Shown here: positions 1 through 6,260 of the stretch, one piece after another
Position numbering within the stretch: the first letter of the stretch is position 1
How the letters are laid out: the number at the start of each line of letters is the position of its first letter
Origin: Bdellovibrio sp.
GTDB lineage: Bacteria > Bdellovibrionota > Bdellovibrionia > Bdellovibrionales > Bdellovibrionaceae
Length of the DNA: 11,150 nucleotides
Reading direction: 5' to 3'
NCBI GenBank assembly: GCA_046318155.1
Contig: JBKCUU010000052.1
Coordinates: forward strand, 1-11,150
The notes under the pieces: generated by a model
Seen by the model: the letters and a program-made list of their open reading frames with translations, nothing else
What the model was told of the DNA's origin: nothing
The model's database searches: none
Translations under genes and position numbers: made by a program

Positions 1-2
1 GT

Positions 3-740
3 CCAGGCGCTGGAGGATTCGGCGGATTTGGTGGCTATAGCCAGCAGGGCGAAAACCCACAAGATTTTCAGGATATCTTTGGCGATATTTTTGGCGACGT
101 CTTCAATACCCGTGCGGGCGGCGGCGCGAGCCGTGGTGGCCGAAAACAGCGCGGAGCTGATCTTCGTTACACTTTGAATATTGCCTTCGAAGAAGCAGCC
201 CTTGGCTGCGAAAAATCGATTCATTTTGTGCGCAGCCGAGCTGGACGCGATGAGACCGCCCGTTTGGCCGTAAAAGTCCCCGCTGGTGTGAAGCAAGGAC
301 AACGGCTTCGATTGGCTCAGGAAGGTGATGGAAGCCCTAATGGTGGAGCAACGGGCGATTTATTTGTCATTGTCAATGTACAAGACCACGCCTTGTTTAA
401 GCGCGAAGATGACGATGTCGTTTTAGATCTTCCCATTCATTACGTCGATGCGATTTTGGGAACAGAGGCCGAAATCCCAACGCTCACAAGTAAGGTTCAG
501 ATTAGAATTCCGATGGGAACTCACTCAGGTCAGGTCTTGCGCCTTAAGGGTAAGGGTCTGCCAAAAGTCGGCGGATTTGGTTCGGGCGATATGCTTGTTC
601 GAATTTTAGTCGATACTCCCGAAACTCTTGATTCAAACCAAAAAGAACTGCTCGAAGAGCTGGCTAAAACTAAACAAGAAACGCCGATGGTTAAAACTTT
701 TCAAGACAAAATGGACGAAATGATGAGGAAACGAAAATGA
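3..740 (+). CDS. DnaJ/Hsp40-family co-chaperone, class B (no zinc finger), 5'-truncated (J domain presumably upstream of the window)
   Basis: The frame is open from position 3: G/F-rich linker (PGAGGFGGFGG...DFQDIFGDIFGDVF), then RGADLRYTLNIAFEEAALG, KVPAGVKQGQRLRL, GDLFVIVNV, DAILGTEAEIPTL, IPMGTHSGQVLRLKGKG and GDMLVRILVDTP, all DnaJ C-terminal domain motifs. No CxxCxGxG repeats. The track start at 174 is an internal codon. Confidence 0.93.
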   Translation, partial: PGAGGFGGFGGYSQQGENPQDFQDIFGDIFGDVFNTRAGGGASRGGRKQRGADLRYTLNIAFEEAALGCEKSIHFVRSRAGRDETARLAVKVPAGVKQGQRLRLAQEGDGSPNGGATGDLFVIVNVQDHALFKREDDDVVLDLPIHYVDAILGTEAEIPTLTSKVQIRIPMGTHSGQVLRLKGKGLPKVGGFGSGDMLVRILVDTPETLDSNQKELLEELAKTKQETPMVKTFQDKMDEMMRKRK

Positions 741-2632
741 GGGTCCTTTTTTTTATTTCTCTGCTCGTCCTGTCTTCTTGCGGCACGCCCCTGAAGCGCG
801 GAACCTCTCCGCAAAAAGCCTCTGCTCCGCTGCTTCCCGCGCCAAACATGGCTCCCCGCCAAGCGGTTCCAAAGACCTCTCTCGAAAATCTGTACCAACT
901 GGGACAAAAAGCATTTCAGGCCAAAGACTACGCCAAGGCCTTTGATTATTTTGTCGCGGCCAGCAATGGCTTTAAGAACACGCCCAAAGAGTTTGAAACC
1001 AAGTTTTGGGCGGCGCGCGCCTCTGTTCGTTTGGCTCGCTGGAGTGAAACGTTGGCTCTGACTAACGAACTTTTGCGATATCCAAAGTGGCTCCCGGCAC
1101 AAAAATCAGAATTGATAAATTACCGAATTCGGTCCTTTGAGGCCGTCGGTGATAACCAAAAACTTTTGTCCACTTTACTCGCCGCGCGTGAAGACCAAAC
1201 ATTGAGGTCTGAGCATGATTCTTTTCGATTAAAATCACTCGAGGTGGTTGAGTCGCGTATGAACCAGGGCGACCTCGAGGCGCTGTATGACACCACTCGC
1301 GACACCCAACTCAAAGCATCCAGCGCTTACCGTTTGGGCGAGATTGCACTGGAGAATAAAGATCTGAGCGAAGCTGAGAGCTATTTTAAAAAAGCAGCTT
1401 CACTCGGCGACAGCAACGAGACGGCTCGGCGAGCCCAGGAGGTTTTGAACCAACTCGAGACTTTGAACAAGGTCGAGTCCAGAACAATTGGTGTGGTTCT
1501 TCCGTTGACCGGGAAGCATTCGGTCATTGCTCAAAAAACTTTGCGCGGTATGCAAATGGGTTTGGGGCTTTACGGTAAAAACGTGACCTCTTTTAAGTTG
1601 GCCGTGGTTGACGATGAGGCCAATCCGGACCGCGCGCGCCAAGGCGTTGAGCGCCTGGTGCGAGAAGACAATGTCATCGCCGTTGTTGGAAGCTTGCTCA
1701 GCAAAACTGCGTCGGGTGTGGCATCCAAATCCGCAGAATTAGGCGTTCCCAGTATCGCTCTCTCGCAAAAATCCGGAATCACCGACTTGGGTCCCACTGT
1801 TCATCGCAATTCTTTAACTTCTGAAATGCAAGTTCGTCTCTTGGTCAAACAAGCGATGGAAGAACTGGGGATGCGAAAATTTGCCGTCATTTATCCGAAC
1901 GATGCTTATGGTGTCGAGTTTACAAATCTTTTTTGGGATGAGGTGCTTTCGCGAGGTGGACAAATCACGACTGTTCAGCCGTACTCACCTAGAGAGACGG
2001 ACTTTCGTTACGTGGTCCAGCGCTTAGTCGGCACTTTCTACATCGATGCTCGAGCTGAAGAATACCGCTTGCGTATGAAAGAGTGGTCTGACAATCCTAG
2101 AAACAAGTCTGCTCGCGCCAGCGCACCTGACAATTTGCTTCCCCCCATCGTTGATTTTGACGCGATTTTTATTCCTGATTCAGTCAAGTCGTTGGGGCAA
2201 ATTGCGGCGATGCTCTCGTTTAATGACGTCAAAAATGTGAAGCTTCTTGGCACAAATCTTTGGAACGTGACTGGTCTCACGAAGCGCGCGGGCAACTGGT
2301 CCAAAGATCTTCTTTTTGTCGACAGTTTTGTTTCAAGTGATCCGGGATATCAGAATTCGGCTTTTGTGCGCGATTACAAATCGCTCTTTAATGAAGAGCC
2401 CGGTATTTTTGAACTTCAGGGCTATGATTCCGCCCTCATTTTGCGTCAGCTGATTTCACAGGGATATTCGTCTCGTGAGTCATTGAACCGCGCGCTCGGA
2501 CAGCTGCGAGACCTTCCAGGTTCTTTGGCCCGTCTCACCATGACTCCCGACCGTGAAATTCAACGTCCCCTCGTGATGCTCACGCTTGAAAATGGGAAAA
2601 TCGTGCCCTTTCGAGAGTCGAAAACTCCCTAG
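737..2632 (+). CDS. Lipoprotein with TPR-like N-terminal region and C-terminal type-1 periplasmic-binding-protein fold (LpoA/LppC-like penicillin-binding protein activator)
   Basis: Signal peptide MRVLFFISLLVLSS-C with lipobox LSSC. TPR-like helices (LYQLGQKAFQAKDYAKAFDYF; AYRLGEIALENKDLSEAESYFKKA). PBP1-fold motifs IGVVLPLTGK, VIAVVGSLLS, FAVIYPNDAYG, FDAIFIPD, LLGTNLW, GYDSA. GAGGA at 725-729 precedes the ATG, which overlaps the dnaJ stop (ATGA 737-740). Confidence 0.8.
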   Translation: MRVLFFISLLVLSSCGTPLKRGTSPQKASAPLLPAPNMAPRQAVPKTSLENLYQLGQKAFQAKDYAKAFDYFVAASNGFKNTPKEFETKFWAARASVRLARWSETLALTNELLRYPKWLPAQKSELINYRIRSFEAVGDNQKLLSTLLAAREDQTLRSEHDSFRLKSLEVVESRMNQGDLEALYDTTRDTQLKASSAYRLGEIALENKDLSEAESYFKKAASLGDSNETARRAQEVLNQLETLNKVESRTIGVVLPLTGKHSVIAQKTLRGMQMGLGLYGKNVTSFKLAVVDDEANPDRARQGVERLVREDNVIAVVGSLLSKTASGVASKSAELGVPSIALSQKSGITDLGPTVHRNSLTSEMQVRLLVKQAMEELGMRKFAVIYPNDAYGVEFTNLFWDEVLSRGGQITTVQPYSPRETDFRYVVQRLVGTFYIDARAEEYRLRMKEWSDNPRNKSARASAPDNLLPPIVDFDAIFIPDSVKSLGQIAAMLSFNDVKNVKLLGTNLWNVTGLTKRAGNWSKDLLFVDSFVSSDPGYQNSAFVRDYKSLFNEEPGIFELQGYDSALILRQLISQGYSSRESLNRALGQLRDLPGSLARLTMTPDREIQRPLVMLTLENGKIVPFRESKTP

Positions 2633-2766
2633 ACTCGCGCCTCCACTTGAGCTTCCTCCGCTTGAAGGCCACTTGGTAAGGCTGATCGAAACGATAAGAA
2701 ATTTTCATGGCCAGACGTTTAACCTCTTTGCGGCGCGCCACGGTCCTAGTGCCCAAGGAGGGACAA

Positions 2767-3153
2767 ATGTCTCAATCAATAACAAACGAGTTATCGAGTG
2801 ATCTGATCGTTGAATGTAAGAGACGGCTTCTCACGCTCAAGCAAGATCTTTTGAACCGCTTCCGCAGTGGGCACATGGAGTTCGCAGCGCACGAGAAGGC
2901 CTCTGGAGATGAGATCGACCAAACCATGGCCCAGCTCGCAGAGAATAATTTTCTCGCTGGTCAAGAGCGATTACGCACACAGCTGATGGAAATTGATTAC
3001 GCATTGGCGCGAATTCAGAATGGAACCTTCGGCACCTGCGAAGAAACTGGTGAGCCTATCGAGCACGACCGCTTGCTTGCTCTGCCTTACACACGATTGA
3101 GCATCGAAGGTGCTGAGATGCGCGAATCGGTTGGACGACGCTATGCCAGATAG
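2767..3153 (+). CDS. DksA/TraR-family RNA polymerase secondary-channel protein, Zn-finger-less variant (CxxT-x17-SxxG)
   Basis: Coiled coil with tip DEIDQT, then IDYALARIQNGTFGTCEETGEPIEHDRLLALPYTRLSIEG. Start moved from 2707 to the in-frame ATG at 2767 because a strong SD (AAGGAGG 2755-2761) precedes it and the resulting 128 aa is family-typical. Confidence 0.9.
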   Translation: MSQSITNELSSDLIVECKRRLLTLKQDLLNRFRSGHMEFAAHEKASGDEIDQTMAQLAENNFLAGQERLRTQLMEIDYALARIQNGTFGTCEETGEPIEHDRLLALPYTRLSIEGAEMRESVGRRYAR

Positions 3154-3262
3154 TTTGCCTCATCTTTCAGCAGCCCGCGAATTTTCTTGAAACTTCCGTG
3201 TGAAATCAGTTTTATCGGCCCCACACCAATGAACACGGTCTTTATCATCCGGGGGGATCTTG

Positions 3263-3622
3263 ATGAAGCTCACCGACCTTCATTTTTTTAAGTCGTTTTT
3301 GATCGATCAGAAAAGTTCGATCTTGAATAAAACGGCTGAATTTAAAAATGAGCAAAGAGAAGAACACGAACGTCTCACGGACGACGCGGAAGTCGCGTCT
3401 GCGGATGCGACTCTCAATTTATCGCTCCATCAACTCGAGCGTCAGCGCTCCACTTTGTTTCAAATCGAACGCGCCCTTGGTAAAATTTCGGATGGGACGT
3501 ACGGCCAGTGCGAAGCCTGCGCCACGCAAATCGGAATTGCACGACTCCGAGCTAGGCCGTTTACGCCTCTTTGTATCGAATGCATGGAAGACCAGGAAGA
3601 CCTCGGCCATCCTGTCCACTAG
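3263..3622 (+). CDS. DksA/TraR-family protein with C4-type zinc finger
   Basis: IERALGKISDGTYGQCEACATQIGIARLRARPFTPLCIECME gives CxxC-x17-CxxC; tip DDAEVA. SD-like GGGGGGA at 3251-3257. Start is ATG 3263 or TTG 3260. Confidence 0.92.
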   Translation: MKLTDLHFFKSFLIDQKSSILNKTAEFKNEQREEHERLTDDAEVASADATLNLSLHQLERQRSTLFQIERALGKISDGTYGQCEACATQIGIARLRARPFTPLCIECMEDQEDLGHPVH

Positions 3623-3721
3623 ACGTCGACCGCGGCTGTAAAAACACACATGCTTCCAGGGCGCATTTAATTTAGGAGTCTCATTTATTTAAACCGGACT
3701 ATTTCAGGCCGTTCGCCCCTT

Positions 3722-3748
3722 TTAGGTATCGCACCCGCATTCCGAATA
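3722..3748 (+). promoter_or_regulatory. Possible sigma28 (FliA)-type promoter upstream of lon
   Basis: TTAG(G) 3722-3726 and TCCGAATA 3741-3748, with 15 nt between TTAG and TCCGAATA, compared with consensus TAAA-N15-GCCGATAA. Spacing is correct but both elements are imperfect. Confidence 0.3.
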
Positions 3749-3790
3749 ACTCGTACACAACTGTTGATTCCCGCGAGGCGGAGGAGCTGT

Positions 3791-6205
3791 ATGAGTTTCG
3801 ATGACAAGGTTTTAGAAATACCCGCAACATTGCCGATGCTGCCCGTTCGAGATATCGTGGTTTTTCCTTATATGATTCTCCCCTTGTTTGTCGGTCGTGA
3901 AGCCTCGATCCGCTCCGTCGAAGACGCCTTGGCCAAAAATCGACTCATCTTTTTGGCATCCCAAAAAGAAATCACTGAAGAAAACCCCAGTCCAGATTCG
4001 ATTTACACGACCGGTACTATCGCGATGATTATGCGCATGCGCAAATTGTCAGACGGGCGTGTGAAAATTTTGATACAGGGTGTGGCCAAGGGACGCATCA
4101 AAAGCTTCTCAAAAACAACCCCCAGCTTCGAAGTCGCAGTTGAAAAAATTGAAGAAGCTGCACCTGCTCAATCTCCCGTTGAGTACGAGGCGCTTACTCG
4201 CACCGCGAAAGAGCAGATCGAAAAAATCATCGCTCTGGGCCGAGTTCTTCCTCCCGACATTTTATTGGTGCTGGATGATGTCACTGATCCGGGTCGCTTG
4301 GCTGATTTGATCGCCAGCAATTTAGGCGTCAAAGTTGCCGACGCTCAACGCGTTTTAGAAACGACGGACCCCAAGGAGCGTCTTAAGCTCGTCAATGAAG
4401 TTTTGGCCAACGAACTTGAAGTCATCGGCATGCAACAAAAAATCCGCACGCAAGCTAAAGACGAGATGTCAAAATCGCAGCGTGAATACTTTTTACGCGA
4501 GCAAATGCGCGCCATAAAGAACGAACTCGGCGAGGGGCAAGACTCGAAATCCGAGGAAATGGAAGAGCTCCGCGAAAAAGTTGTGAATTCCGGAATGCCT
4601 GCCGCAGTTGAAATCGAAGCCATGAAACAGTTATCTCGCCTTGAGCGCATGCACCCCGATGCCTCAGAAGCTTCGATGGTTCGCACGTACTTGGACTGGA
4701 TGGTTGATTTGCCCTGGTCAAAGAAAACCGAAGATCGTATCGATCTTAATCAAGCCAAGCAAATCTTGGATGAAGATCACTATGACCTCCAAAAAGCCAA
4801 AGACCGCATCCTTGAGTTCTTAGCTGTCCGTAAGTTGAAAAACGGAATGAAGGGTCCCATCCTTTGCTTTGGTGGGCCTCCCGGTGTTGGTAAAACTTCG
4901 CTTGGTAAATCCATTGCTCGCGCGATGGGCCGCGAATACTTCCGCGTCGCCCTCGGCGGCGTTAAAGATGAAGCCGAGATCCGTGGTCACCGACGTACTT
5001 ACGTTGGCGCGATGCCCGGAAAAATTATCCAAGCCATGCGCCAAGTAAAAACAAATAATCCCGTTATCGTCCTGGATGAAGTTGACAAGCTCGGTAGTGA
5101 TTTTCGCGGTGATCCCTCGGCAGCTATGCTTGAGGTTTTGGATCCTGAACAGAATCATTCCTTCCGCGACAATTACTTGAACGTCGATTTCGATTTGAGC
5201 AACGTCCTCTTTATCGCAACCGCCAACGTTCTTGAGAACATCCCGCCCGCTTTGCGTGATCGTATGGAAATCATTCAAATCAGTGGTTACACTGAAAATG
5301 ACAAACTCTTGATCACGAAAAAACATCTGATTGATCGCCAGATTGAATCAAATGGTATCACGGCTGAGAACATCAAATTCACAGACGACGGCATCAAATA
5401 TTTGATCGCTCACTACACTCGAGAAGCCGGCCTTCGTAACCTGGAGAGAGAGGTTGGTTCTGTTTGCCGCAAGGTCGCAAAACAAGTTGTGCTCGGTGAA
5501 AAGTCATTTGTCGAAGTAAACGCAGAAACAGTCCCCGAGTTGTTGGGACCGCCACGCTTCTTGCGCGACGAAAAAATGGATGATTCACAAATTGGCGTCG
5601 TCACGGGGCTTGCCTGGACTCAGGCTGGCGGCGAAGTCTTGTACGTCGAAGCTTTAAAATACAAAGGCCGTGGAAATCTAGTTCTGACCGGACAGCTCGG
5701 TGACGTGATGAAAGAGTCTGCCCATGCCGCGATGGCCTACGCCCGCTCTCACACAGAGGAGCTCGGTATCCCCGAGGACTTTTTTGAAAAATGGGACATT
5801 CACGTGCACTTACCCGCAGGCGCGATCCCGAAGGATGGACCTTCGGCGGGAATCACGATGACAACCGCGCTCTTGAGTTTGATGACTGATACGCCTGTTC
5901 GCCACGACATCGCAATGACGGGCGAGGTGACTTTGCAAGGGCGCGTTCTGCCTGTCGGCGGTATACGCGAAAAATGCTTGGCTGCTTTGAATCAAGGAAT
6001 CAAGGAAATCATTATTCCTTGGGCAAACCAAAAAGATCTTTCGGACATCCCCAAGGAGTTCAAAGACAAAATGAAATTTATCTGTGTCGAAAATGTCGAC
6101 GAGGTGTTTGCCGTGGCTTTTGATCGCGCATCAAAAACTGGTAAAAAATCCTCGCCGAAGGGGGGCCGAAAACCGAAGGGTTCGGCCGCCGCAAGCGCGG
6201 CTTAG
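3791..6205 (+). CDS. lon: ATP-dependent endopeptidase La (LonA)
   Basis: N-domain [33 protein letters not shown]; Walker A GPPGVGKT (4874-4897); [13 protein letters not shown]; Walker B IVLDE; catalytic Ser in PKDGPSAG (5828-5851) and Lys in GGIREK. SD GAGGAG 3781-3786 supports ATG 3791 (804 aa) over TTG 3764. Confidence 0.98.
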   Translation: MSFDDKVLEIPATLPMLPVRDIVVFPYMILPLFVGREASIRSVEDALAKNRLIFLASQKEITEENPSPDSIYTTGTIAMIMRMRKLSDGRVKILIQGVAKGRIKSFSKTTPSFEVAVEKIEEAAPAQSPVEYEALTRTAKEQIEKIIALGRVLPPDILLVLDDVTDPGRLADLIASNLGVKVADAQRVLETTDPKERLKLVNEVLANELEVIGMQQKIRTQAKDEMSKSQREYFLREQMRAIKNELGEGQDSKSEEMEELREKVVNSGMPAAVEIEAMKQLSRLERMHPDASEASMVRTYLDWMVDLPWSKKTEDRIDLNQAKQILDEDHYDLQKAKDRILEFLAVRKLKNGMKGPILCFGGPPGVGKTSLGKSIARAMGREYFRVALGGVKDEAEIRGHRRTYVGAMPGKIIQAMRQVKTNNPVIVLDEVDKLGSDFRGDPSAAMLEVLDPEQNHSFRDNYLNVDFDLSNVLFIATANVLENIPPALRDRMEIIQISGYTENDKLLITKKHLIDRQIESNGITAENIKFTDDGIKYLIAHYTREAGLRNLEREVGSVCRKVAKQVVLGEKSFVEVNAETVPELLGPPRFLRDEKMDDSQIGVVTGLAWTQAGGEVLYVEALKYKGRGNLVLTGQLGDVMKESAHAAMAYARSHTEELGIPEDFFEKWDIHVHLPAGAIPKDGPSAGITMTTALLSLMTDTPVRHDIAMTGEVTLQGRVLPVGGIREKCLAALNQGIKEIIIPWANQKDLSDIPKEFKDKMKFICVENVDEVFAVAFDRASKTGKKSSPKGGRKPKGSAAASAA

Positions 6206-6260
6206 CACCCTCTGCTCTCATGTCAGGCGCAGACTGCCGTTTGGTTTTCGGGGGAAAGTT

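Noticed and set aside
747..754. T8 tract in the lipoprotein signal sequence, and A8 at the phosphoesterase start (10688-10695), as phase-variation sites
   Set aside because: Short A/T runs explained by Leu-Phe-Phe and Lys-Lys-Asn codons at AT-rich gene starts; both frames are intact.
2688..2708. Fur/Zur-like box GAAACGATAAGAAATTTTCAT upstream of the Zn-free DksA
   Set aside because: Dyad symmetry is poor and does not fit the 7-1-7 register; too weak to call despite the suggestive context.
2707..2766. Longer start for the first DksA-like ORF (likewise TTG 3764 for lon and TTG 8180 for the second secreted protein)
   Set aside because: Downstream in-frame starts have clear SD sequences and give family-typical or signal-peptide N-termini.
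3212..3244. Minus-strand perfect sigma28 -10 (GCCGATAA) with upstream TAAAG, a possible antisense promoter into the first dksA
   Set aside because: TAAA-to-GCCGATAA spacing is 21 nt rather than about 15, so probably chance.
6206..6250. Possible lon terminator (TCTGC 6211-6215 / GCAGA 6229-6233)
   Set aside because: Only a 5-bp stem with a 13-nt loop and no adjacent U-tract.
6084..6260. 59-codon N-terminal extension of the secreted protein overlapping the lon 3' end
   Set aside because: The signal peptide and SD fit GTG 6261, and the extension would bury the signal. No slippery site supporting a lon frameshift fusion was seen.
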